Positions 1-8,300 of a stretch of DNA of 64,000 nucleotides are shown here, in pieces. How positions within the stretch are numbered: the first letter of the stretch is position 1; every line of letters begins with the position of its first letter. The translations under genes and the position numbers were made by a program. Where the stretch lies: positions 1 through 64,000 of IMG/VR virus record IMGVR_UViG_3300024520_000047; one strand, given 5' to 3'. The notes under the pieces were generated by a model. The model was not told where the DNA came from. It made no database searches and was given only the letters and a program-made list of their open reading frames with translations.

Positions 1-64
1 TATTGTATCTTTCGGCAATATCAGACATTACTTCTCCTATATGTTTTGGTTCTCTTTTACTCAT
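1..64 (-). CDS. hypothetical protein, 5' part only (runs off window)
   Basis: ATG at 62-64 inside a perfect junction element; reads MSKREPKHIGEVMSDIAE... open to the window edge. Confidence 0.5.
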   Translation of the reverse strand, partial: MSKREPKHIGEVMSDIAERYN

Positions 65-90
65 CTTTGTTTTGGTTTAGTTAATACTAT

Positions 91-200
91 AGTAGCTATT
101 TATATAACTACTGATTACCTTTTGTTACTGGAGTAGCTATTGATTTTGTAAACATATAAGTATACTTTTTTAGTTTTTTGTAAACGTATATGTATACTTT
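91..200. repeat. short direct repeats in intergenic gap
   Basis: ttttgtaaacRtataWgtatacttt at 144-168 and 176-200 (25 nt, 2 mismatches); agtagctatt at 91-100 and 132-141. Confidence 0.7.
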
Positions 201-444
201 AGTCTTCTTTGTTTTGGTTTAATAGTTTATTAAAATCTTCTACTATATTACTATAGGCTGTTTTTATTCCACCTTTTAATAACGAATCTCCTATCTGTTT
301 TATCTTAAAAACTTCTAAACAATTAATAACCATAGGAATGTTATTGTCTATTCTATATTGTATATCACCTTTATGTATTGGATCTTGATTAGGTTCCACA
401 TACAAACTTTCAGGATATTTTAATAAAAATTTATTTAATGTCAT
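199..444 (-). CDS. hypothetical protein
   Basis: 81-aa ORF starting in a junction element and ending LNQNKED in the next. Confidence 0.7.
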   Translation of the reverse strand: MTLNKFLLKYPESLYVEPNQDPIHKGDIQYRIDNNIPMVINCLEVFKIKQIGDSLLKGGIKTAYSNIVEDFNKLLNQNKED

Positions 445-620
445 CTTTGTTTTGGTTTAATAAAATTCCACAATTTCTTAAAGAAATCAAATATACGTCT
501 AAACAATGTTCTTTTTGGTGGTGTAACTAAATCATATGATAACAACGTATAATCAGTAATGTTACCATCCTTATCAATATTACCCATACCTCTACTTGCT
601 ATGTGTATTTTCTTACTCAT
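441..620 (-). CDS. hypothetical protein (59 aa, absent from ORF track)
   Basis: Hand-translated MSKKIHIASRGMGNIDKDG...WNFIKPKQR*; starts and stops in junction elements. Confidence 0.7.
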   Translation of the reverse strand: MSKKIHIASRGMGNIDKDGNITDYTLLSYDLVTPPKRTLFRRIFDFFKKLWNFIKPKQR

Positions 621-820
621 CTTTGTTTTGGTTTAAATTCTTCTTTTGGATTTGATAAACAAATATCTGACCATCCACGTTTCAATACTCCATGGTACAA
701 ATACACTTGTCTGATAGTTATAGTTTCTAACCAATACCATCCACCATCAAATCTTTTTGGAAACCACAAGAACTTAGTCTTGTATCTATATTCTCCATCT
801 TTTGGTCTATTAATTTTCAT
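617..820 (-). CDS. hypothetical protein
   Basis: 67 aa, ends KPKQR* in junction element. Confidence 0.7.
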   Translation of the reverse strand: MKINRPKDGEYRYKTKFLWFPKRFDGGWYWLETITIRQVYLYHGVLKRGWSDICLSNPKEEFKPKQR

Positions 821-1094
821 CTTTGTTTTGGTTTATTTCTTTAATAGTTAAATTAAACTGTTCTTTTGCGTGATTTAACCCATCTAAATGTATTTGAAAC
901 TCATTCTCGTCCAGCAATTTAGGGTTTATACACTCCACTCTACTTTCACCTTTGATGGGTATAAAATAGGATAAATGTTCTTCCTTATCAGAACTCATTT
1001 TTTTTACTACTTCTTCTATAAAAGTTGGTATCTCACTGTTAATCAAATTACCAGTGTCTATATAATGTACTAAAATTAATTTATCTTTACTCAT
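810..1094 (-). CDS. hypothetical protein
   Basis: 94 aa, ends INQNKDEN through junction element. Confidence 0.7.
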   Translation of the reverse strand: MSKDKLILVHYIDTGNLINSEIPTFIEEVVKKMSSDKEEHLSYFIPIKGESRVECINPKLLDENEFQIHLDGLNHAKEQFNLTIKEINQNKDEN

Positions 1095-1181
1095 CTTTTT
1101 TTTTCTTATTCTGTCTTTTTAAAAAAATCTCAAATCTATAATCCTCATCGGTTAGATATTTCCATATGTGTTTAATTACTC

Positions 1182-1583
1182 TCATCTTATTAATGTTACT
1201 GTTCCTGATTGGGATGTTTTTTTATCTATTTTAAGTTGGTAAACATAGGTTCCAATTGGGCTCGGTTTACCCCTATACGTTCCATCCCAAACTTCATTTA
1301 AATTTGGAGCGGTGAATACTTGTTGACCCCATCGATTATAAATTTCTATTGTGATATGGTTTAACCCCCTACCTATAACTTGAAATGTATCATTTATCCC
1401 ATCATAGTCAGGTGAAAAAACGTTTGGAACAAAAATTGCGTGTTCTTGAGGTACTTTAATGGTATTTGAAATTGAATGGACATGCATTTCATTACTATGA
1501 GCCACTACTCTATAAATGTCATAGTTTTGTCCTAATAAGTTTAAAGATAATAAGGTTAATAGTAGTGTTAATTTATTTTTCAT
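1182..1583 (-). CDS. signal peptide + T9SS type-B (gliding motility-associated, CHU_C-like) C-terminal domain protein
   Basis: Sec signal MKNKLTLLLTLLSLNLLG; C-terminal VPNVFSPDYDGINDTF...IEIYNRWGQQVF...WDG...GTYVY...GTVTLIR matches type-B CTD consensus. Confidence 0.9.
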   Translation of the reverse strand: MKNKLTLLLTLLSLNLLGQNYDIYRVVAHSNEMHVHSISNTIKVPQEHAIFVPNVFSPDYDGINDTFQVIGRGLNHITIEIYNRWGQQVFTAPNLNEVWDGTYRGKPSPIGTYVYQLKIDKKTSQSGTVTLIR

Positions 1584-1589
1584 TTTTGT

Positions 1590-2657
1590 TTAATTATTTA
1601 ATGGTGCTTTAATTGTTGGGTGTGATTGATAGTTTTCTATTTCAAACTGCTCAACCTCTAAATTTTTGAAACTCTCCATTCCTAAATCATCAACTAAATG
1701 AACAGTATATTTCAATGTTGGTAACTCCATAGGTTCTCTTGTCATCTGTTCCTTAGCTTGTTCAATATGATTCTTATATAAATGAACATCACCCAAAGTA
1801 CCAATCAACTCATCAGGAACCATATTAACTTCTTTAGCTATGATTTCAAGCAGTAAACCATAAGATGCTATGTTAAATGGTAAACCTAAGAATGTATCTA
1901 CTGAACGTTGATTCCACATTAGAGAGATTGCTCTGGTTGGGATGTTATGTTTATCACAATTTTCTTTATGTTTTTCTTCGCCATATCTTTCTATTGTTTG
2001 GGGTACAATGTTTTCTTTATACCCTAACAATTTTACCCTCTCTTCCAAACTCAACTCTCTTGTATAAAACTGAAAGAAGTTATGACAAGGTGGAAGTGTC
2101 ATTTGGTCTAACTCACCTACGTTCCAAGCTGATACAATATTTCTTCTAGAATCTGGGTCTGTTTTTAGTAGATTGATTGAGTTTTGGATTTGGTCTGTTT
2201 TTTCTATCCAAACAGCTGAATTGTCTTTTTTAAGCGTTTCCCAATCCCTCCATTGTTTACCATAGATAGGACCTAAATCACCCCACTTCTTAGCGAATTC
2301 ATCATCTGTTTTGATTTTTTCAATAAATGCCTCTTCCTTTGTTATAAATGGACCCCATTCAATTTCTCCGTTATGTTTTTCATAATTCTTTATGGCATCC
2401 CCATTCCAAATATGACAATTATTATCAACAAGGTATTTGATGTTTGTGTCACCACGTAAGAACCATAACAATTCTGTTACAATTCCCTTAAAATACATTT
2501 TCTTTGTTGTTAGTAGAGGATATCCTTCTGACATATCGTGTCTGATTTGTCTTCCAAACACAGATAATGTTCCAGTACCAGTTCGGTCTTGTTTCTCTAC
2601 TCCATTGTCAAGGATATCTTGTAATAGTTCTTGATATTGTTTATCTAGATTGTTCAT
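1590..2657 (-). CDS. thyA: thymidylate synthase
   Basis: DRTGTGT, ELLWFL, LGPIYGKQWR, PDSRR, LPPCH catalytic Cys, QRSVD..LGLPFNIASY, GDVHLY. Confidence 0.98.
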   Translation of the reverse strand: MNNLDKQYQELLQDILDNGVEKQDRTGTGTLSVFGRQIRHDMSEGYPLLTTKKMYFKGIVTELLWFLRGDTNIKYLVDNNCHIWNGDAIKNYEKHNGEIEWGPFITKEEAFIEKIKTDDEFAKKWGDLGPIYGKQWRDWETLKKDNSAVWIEKTDQIQNSINLLKTDPDSRRNIVSAWNVGELDQMTLPPCHNFFQFYTRELSLEERVKLLGYKENIVPQTIERYGEEKHKENCDKHNIPTRAISLMWNQRSVDTFLGLPFNIASYGLLLEIIAKEVNMVPDELIGTLGDVHLYKNHIEQAKEQMTREPMELPTLKYTVHLVDDLGMESFKNLEVEQFEIENYQSHPTIKAPLNN

Positions 2658-2857
2658 CTTTTATTTGGTTTGAGGTTAGTTCTATAAATTTGCCATGCTA
2701 GTTGTGTTGGTTCTATCCCAAATTCTTTTAATTCTTCTTTAAAAGTTATTAAATAAAATTTTAATTCTATTAATTGCCTTTCCCCTTGGAATTGTTGGAG
2801 GATGGTTTTTATTTGGTCTTGATTTATAATTTCGTTTAACTCACTTCTATTTTCCAT
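2654..2857 (-). CDS. hypothetical protein
   Basis: 67-aa ORF; ends KPNKR* in a degenerate junction element overlapping thyA ATG. Confidence 0.65.
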   Translation of the reverse strand: MENRSELNEIINQDQIKTILQQFQGERQLIELKFYLITFKEELKEFGIEPTQLAWQIYRTNLKPNKR

Positions 2858-2859
2858 AA

Positions 2860-3417
2860 TTATACTCTTTTAGAATGTCCAACTATTTGGTAAAAATCTC
2901 TTTTACCCCCACAATAATCTTTAACTAAACATAACAATCCTTTAAACATAAAAGCCCCTGTAGTTTGTTTTTCACATTTACTAAATAATTCTATCAATGT
3001 AGTTAACATTTTAATAGAATAATAACCTGAATTATCTAATTCTCCAAACATATCTACAGCTCGTGAAACATACGTTAAAGTATATGTTTGTCTTTCTTGT
3101 TGGGTCTGGAATGGTGTTATTACATCATACATATTTAATAAATATTCCATATAACTCTGTACTAACTCTTTATCGTATTCACATTTAACTAAAAGGTCTA
3201 CTATCCAATGTGTATGTGAAGGTGTTCTTAATCGTTTTCCTGGTGTTTTATATTTTACTATAAAATCTAAATCTGGTTTTTCCCCCCTATATCCTTGATA
3301 GATAGCTACAAGAGTATCGTCCTCCATTGTCCAATAACTTAGTGGGTAACTACGACGGTCTTCGTTTTTTATTTTATATGATAAATCCATAAAAGAAATA
3401 TAATAACTTTTTATCAA
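2860..3417 (-). CDS. hypothetical protein
   Basis: 185-aa ORF, no recognised motif. Confidence 0.7.
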   Translation of the reverse strand: MIKSYYISFMDLSYKIKNEDRRSYPLSYWTMEDDTLVAIYQGYRGEKPDLDFIVKYKTPGKRLRTPSHTHWIVDLLVKCEYDKELVQSYMEYLLNMYDVITPFQTQQERQTYTLTYVSRAVDMFGELDNSGYYSIKMLTTLIELFSKCEKQTTGAFMFKGLLCLVKDYCGGKRDFYQIVGHSKRV

Positions 3418-3426
3418 TAATTCAAA

Positions 3427-3458
3427 TTTGTTTATATAAAAAATTTTTATTATCTTTG
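3427..3458 (+). promoter_or_regulatory. Bacteroidota housekeeping-sigma promoter
   Basis: TTTG (3427-3430)-N20-TATCTTTG (3451-3458) upstream of 3481. Confidence 0.75.
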
Positions 3459-3480
3459 TAATAAGATAATACCTTCAACT

Positions 3481-3801
3481 ATGAAAAAATTAAAAGGGGA
3501 AAGTTTTAAAACAACTAATATAATAATAAAAATTAGTGCACTTAAATTATTAGTATGGTCAAAAATTCCTACTAAACGTAAACCAAGTCAGGTAGATATT
3601 GGAAATAGGGTGTGGATAGCTGGTGACACTTCTACCAAAAAAACTAAACTTTTAAGAGTCCATAAAAAAGGAGAACCACAATGGCCTAGGTTTGGTGGTT
3701 ATACGGTAATAACCGAAACTGGACTAATGAGAGATTTACATCAACGAGCTGTTAGACTTCATCCTAGTAATTTTATCAAGAAAAGAAAATCTAAACGTTA
3801 A
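3481..3801 (+). CDS. basic hypothetical protein
   Basis: 106-aa ORF downstream of host-type promoter. Confidence 0.65.
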   Translation: MKKLKGESFKTTNIIIKISALKLLVWSKIPTKRKPSQVDIGNRVWIAGDTSTKKTKLLRVHKKGEPQWPRFGGYTVITETGLMRDLHQRAVRLHPSNFIKKRKSKR

Positions 3802-3988
3802 AATATTTTTTCTTGATAAAATCAAAAGTTCTTTTACTAGCAACCAATGGCCACAACATTGCACTAAAAAAAGTTTCTAACACATTATTGTATTTATTTT
3901 TAAAAAAATACACATCGGCCACTACCCACAATAGCCCTTTCACAATGTAAGCCACACATAAGAATAATACCATCATTAAGATATCCAC
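3791..3988 (-). CDS. small membrane protein
   Basis: Hydrophobic N-terminus and WPL motif. Confidence 0.55.
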   Translation of the reverse strand: MDILMMVLFLCVAYIVKGLLWVVADVYFFKNKYNNVLETFFSAMLWPLVASKRTFDFIKKKYFNV

Positions 3989-4066
3989 AATTAATCTTTA
4001 TTTATTCGTCTATTGACATACATAAGTAATAGGCCTACCCCAAACAAAACAATAATTACAATTATA

Positions 4067-4243
4067 TTAACCATTTGATTTTAATATTCTACTATAGGCT
4101 TCTTCCCATTTATCCCTAATTTCTTTATGTGAAAATTCTTTTTCACTATCTAATTGTTTTAACATATTAAAAAATTCTTCCTTTTTATCTATACTATTAA
4201 TTTGTTCTGTAATTATAAAAAAAAAATCATCCCAATGTCCCAT
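4067..4243 (-). CDS. hypothetical protein (58 aa, absent from ORF track)
   Basis: Hand-translated MGHWDDFFFIITEQINSIDK...RILKSNG*; TAATG overlap with upstream ORF. Confidence 0.55.
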   Translation of the reverse strand: MGHWDDFFFIITEQINSIDKKEEFFNMLKQLDSEKEFSHKEIRDKWEEAYSRILKSNG

Positions 4244-4485
4244 TATTTTTTTTCTTTTTCACATTTTATTTCATAAGGATTTTTTAGTGGTTCTTGGGTT
4301 GGGATTGGGATTGATAAATCATGCATTCTTTTTACTACCGCCCCATCAAAAGGCTTTTCTACTTTTTTATCAAATTTAACCGTATTAAGTGTATCTTCTA
4401 TCATATCCCACGTTTTTTTGGTGGGTATGAATTGGGTGGAGTCTACTATTCCCTTTAACCAAAAAACAAATTCATTTGCCGTCAT
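4243..4485 (-). CDS. hypothetical protein
   Basis: MTANEFVFWLKG start, a style often seen in small phage proteins. Confidence 0.7.
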   Translation of the reverse strand: MTANEFVFWLKGIVDSTQFIPTKKTWDMIEDTLNTVKFDKKVEKPFDGAVVKRMHDLSIPIPTQEPLKNPYEIKCEKEKK

Positions 4486-4649
4486 ATCTTTAATTTTTTT
4501 AATAACGGTAACCCCATTATTGATTCATATAGTAATTGTATTGTTACCTTTATTATAATAAACGGTAATGAAATTCCTACAATAACTAAACATAAAACTA
4601 TCTGGATAAAAAAAGAAATTAATTCTAGTATAGCCTTTATTATTTTCAT
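4482..4649 (-). CDS. small membrane protein (55 aa, absent from ORF track)
   Basis: MKIIKAILELISFFIQIVLCLVIVGISLPFII...; ATGA overlaps at both ends. Confidence 0.55.
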   Translation of the reverse strand: MKIIKAILELISFFIQIVLCLVIVGISLPFIIIKVTIQLLYESIMGLPLLKKLKI

Positions 4650-4861
4650 CGTGGCAATATTCTAGTCACTTCTTCATTTATTTGATTTAAAATCTTATTA
4701 TAGTAGTCTACTTTTTTTTGATTTTTACTATCATACTTTATAAGTGTTGCCGATTTGGATTGTTCCTCTAGGGATATTTGAGGTAGAGCCTTAATATGTT
4801 GGGTCACAGTGTCATGTTTTTTCATCAACCATGTATAATATTCTGCTTTAGTTTTTTTCAT
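4646..4861 (-). CDS. hypothetical protein
   Basis: 71-aa ORF in coupled run. Confidence 0.6.
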   Translation of the reverse strand: MKKTKAEYYTWLMKKHDTVTQHIKALPQISLEEQSKSATLIKYDSKNQKKVDYYNKILNQINEEVTRILPR

Positions 4862-5334
4862 TTGTTACTTTTTAATTTATTAAATGGTTTATTAATTTTT
4901 AATTCTTTTTTTAATGTTTGGTTTTTTTTATTTATTTTAGTGATATATTCTGATATCTCAAATTCTGTTTTAGTTCTTAGTCGTGAATAAACTTTTATGT
5001 GGTCTAACGGTGTAAGAGAGGTAGCTAAAAAATATAATCTATGTGTACCATCTCTAATAATATATTCACTTTCACCCCACTCATTAATATCGTGTGTCTG
5101 GATTACCCTTATCTCTCTTACAATTCCTATTCTTTTAATTCTGGATTCTAATCGTTCCCACTTATAACCTTTTTCTTTTTCTTTAATATAACGTTCTTTT
5201 AATTTTTTTTTATTAAAATTTTTAATTTGTCTTAATCTAATTTTTTTAATTTTATATTTAAAATTAAAAAACATGTAAATTTTATAAAAAAATGCCCCAA
5301 TAATTATTAAACTGTCTTTTAAATACTCTAACAT
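4858..5334 (-). CDS. hypothetical protein, possible ParB/Srx-like domain
   Basis: YIIRDGTHRLYFLA resembles ParB/Srx DGxHR motif; basic low-complexity flanks. Confidence 0.4.
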   Translation of the reverse strand: MLEYLKDSLIIIGAFFYKIYMFFNFKYKIKKIRLRQIKNFNKKKLKERYIKEKEKGYKWERLESRIKRIGIVREIRVIQTHDINEWGESEYIIRDGTHRLYFLATSLTPLDHIKVYSRLRTKTEFEISEYITKINKKNQTLKKELKINKPFNKLKSNK

Positions 5335-5365
5335 TTTCTAAATATATAGAAGAAAAGAATTTTGT

Positions 5366-8300
5366 CTACTCTTCGTCCCATTCAATTTCGTCGGATTCTC
5401 TAGGCCAACTATAAGGAATATCGGTTCCCGGTCTAATATCCTGACTCCCATAAGAATCTTGTTGTCTTTTCCATGGATGTCCGGGGTCTCTATTAATAAC
5501 GGCATTCTCTAAACCAAATAATTTAGCTAATTCCTTCATTTCATCTTTTAGGGTATTAAATCTTTCTCTCCATGAAGTTTCATAAACCTTCCCATCTGGA
5601 TTAATATAATCCGAGTCTCTTCTATTATAGTCTTCAACTGCTTCAGGATGTAACTCTGCGAAGTCTTCCTCATACCTATAAAAGTCGGGCCATTTTGCAT
5701 GGTATCCTATATCTCTCATAGGTATTTCTTCCATGGAGTAAGGGTCATCCAACTTCCCCACTATATCATTCCCCCAATCATCATACTCCTCTTTTTTCTT
5801 ATAAAACTTTAAGATGTCCTTCCAAATATTATCCGCCGTTACACTATCGTCGAGTACTGGAACATAAACATCAATGCGTGCTTCGCCTGGCATATTCCCC
5901 GGCACCGTACTTAGATAATAATCAAACCCCAAAAAATTAAATGGAGAATTCTTCACCAAATAATTGTTCAATGCGGTCACTGGTTCCTGTGGTGTCGGGT
6001 CCACATTCATAGCATAATGTTGTTTACCTCTTCTAATGGACCATGGTGGTTCACCTTTGGGGTGGTCTAGTTCTTGCTTTTTGTTGTCTCTATTAAAGGG
6101 AAAATCCTGTTCATTCAATTCTTCTCTTCTAAAGGTGGGATTATAAATCCATGTATCAGTGGGGTATATTCTTTTCTCTCTTCCCATCCATTTGTTTACT
6201 GCTGTCCCAAACCTCTTATCTTCGTCGGTGAGGCCTATAGGTTCTATTTCATAATATTTTAAATCAGCATCAGGACCTTCCCAGTTTTCGGGTTGTCGAA
6301 ATTTAATAGCCGTAACCACATAAGGTTCATATAAGTCAGGTTTTCTTCCCCCTGTCGTATATTTTCTTCTCCACCCTATACTCTCTATTACCATTATCTC
6401 ATCTCCTATCATTAATTGTGGGTTTACTTTATCTTGAGATTGTTCATTTAATTCTTCTCCTCTAGAGTCTGGTCTTAACATCCATGTGTCGTTAGGATAA
6501 AGATGTGTCAATCTCCTCCATCCTCCACCCGCCCTTAAATCGGCTTGCATTTCTTCAGGGGTCAATTCTTTACGTTCTATTTCATAATGTACGTATTTGT
6601 CGTTAAAGGTATTGTTTTTTATTGATTCTTTGATTTTCACTACTACATAAGGGACATATATTTCTGGTGGGTTGAAACTTGCTCCTTCAGGTTGGTTGTG
6701 TTGAAGTACGAGTATCTCATCTCCTATCATTAATTGGGGATTAAGTTTATCTTTAGTATGTTCTTGTAATACTTCGGGGTCTTCTACTTTTACCCATTTA
6801 TCAAAATAGGGTGCAATCACTTTATAACCTACCCTTCTCCCTTCTGTGTATCTCAATAACTCGTCCTCATCTTTCTTATCCATTAACAACCATAATAGTT
6901 GGGTACCTTCATCTATGTCGAGACCAGACCCTTCATATCCTCTAGTCCAGCCATATCTGGGACTACCTCCACCTCTTCCCTCTGTACTCCACTTCATTTC
7001 CTCATTCTCATCTATTACAGTATAAGTGTGATATAACTTGGGGAATCTTTCAGAAGTAATAATCTGCATACCATTCATAAACTCCCGTCTTTGGTCACTA
7101 TCTTCATCTACATCTATAACCTTAATTTTATCACCCGGTTTTAAAGGAGGATTAACTTCTACTTTCTTACTATCTTGTTCTTGTAAAGATGGTGGTGTGG
7201 GGGACATAATGTACCTCACTTCATTAGGATACAACCAACGAAAATCGTACCCACCTTTTTTGTGTGACTTCTTCCACTTGTTAATTTCAGATAACGGTAA
7301 AAGAAGATATCTCTTCCCTCGTTCCTCCACTCTTTTTCCGTATGCCCGTTCCCTCCCGTGTTCCTCCGTTTCTGGCGTTTTTTGTATAATCCTATAAGGG
7401 ACGAATAAGTCTGGTTGTGTAGTATGGGTTTCTATGTCATCTCGATGGTACCAACCCCTTCCTTCGTGCCACTTAAACCCCATTAACTCTGCAGTCTCTT
7501 CATAATTATGCCAATCTCCTTGCAAGGTATCTTTGACTTCCTGATTCTCCATAAATTCCTTTATTTCGTCGTCCGTCATATATTCAACATCTGGGTCTTC
7601 ATATGCCACTACCGTTATCGTATCTCCCACATTTATGTAGGGATTAACTTTTTCTTGATGTTCTTGTAAAGATTTTGGGGTGGGGGGAGAAATGATGTAT
7701 TTTTCTTCCGAAGGGTACAGCCAACGATAATCTAATCCCTTCACTCGTCCAGAGGCCCATATCTCCCTCTTTTCGTCCTCATGTTCTTCCACTTCAGGTA
7801 GTGTTAAAAGAAGATATCTCATCACATCTCCTTCTTTCCATCCTATTTCTACTTTTTGTACAATCCTATAGGGTACGAATAAGTCTGGATTCTGGTCATT
7901 TAACTCCTTTTTATGATACCATCCCTTACCTGGCCATCGTGTATAGCCCATTAACTCTGCAGTCTCTTCAAAATTATGCCAATCTCCTTCCAATGTATCT
8001 TGGAGGTCCTGATTCTCCATAAATTCCTTTATTTCGTCGTCTGTCATATATTCAACATCTGGGTCTTCATGTGCAATTACAGTTACAGTGTCCCCTACAT
8101 CAATTGGGGGATTAACTTTTTCTTCCTGTTCTTGTAATATTTCTTCTTCCTTATTTACTATTATCCATTGGTAAGGGCCTGATGCCTTTAATTCTTCCTT
8201 TCCGTCCTTTTCCCACTCTTGCCTTCTCCCCCTCTTTCTTTCTTCTCTACTTATTCCATATCCCCATATATCTCCTTTTATTTCTCCTTTCCATGGGTCT

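Larger units (their letters stand above)
57..835 (-). repeat. gene-junction element cluster 1 (5 copies of TAAACCAAAACAAAGATGA[GTAA])
   Basis: Copies at 57-79 (perfect 23-mer), 199-222 (ATG changed to AAG), 441-460, 613-635 (perfect), 817-835; each at an ORF boundary. Confidence 0.9.

Noticed and set aside
1940-2070. Extra segment in thyA (RELSLEERVKLLG...NIPTR) as an intron or intein
   Set aside because: In frame, short, no intein C/S...HN ends and no homing endonuclease; treated as a loop insertion
7480-8090. A5/A6 duplicate as a DGR template/variable repeat pair
   Set aside because: Differences include C/G and G/C changes rather than only adenine positions, and no reverse transcriptase is in the window
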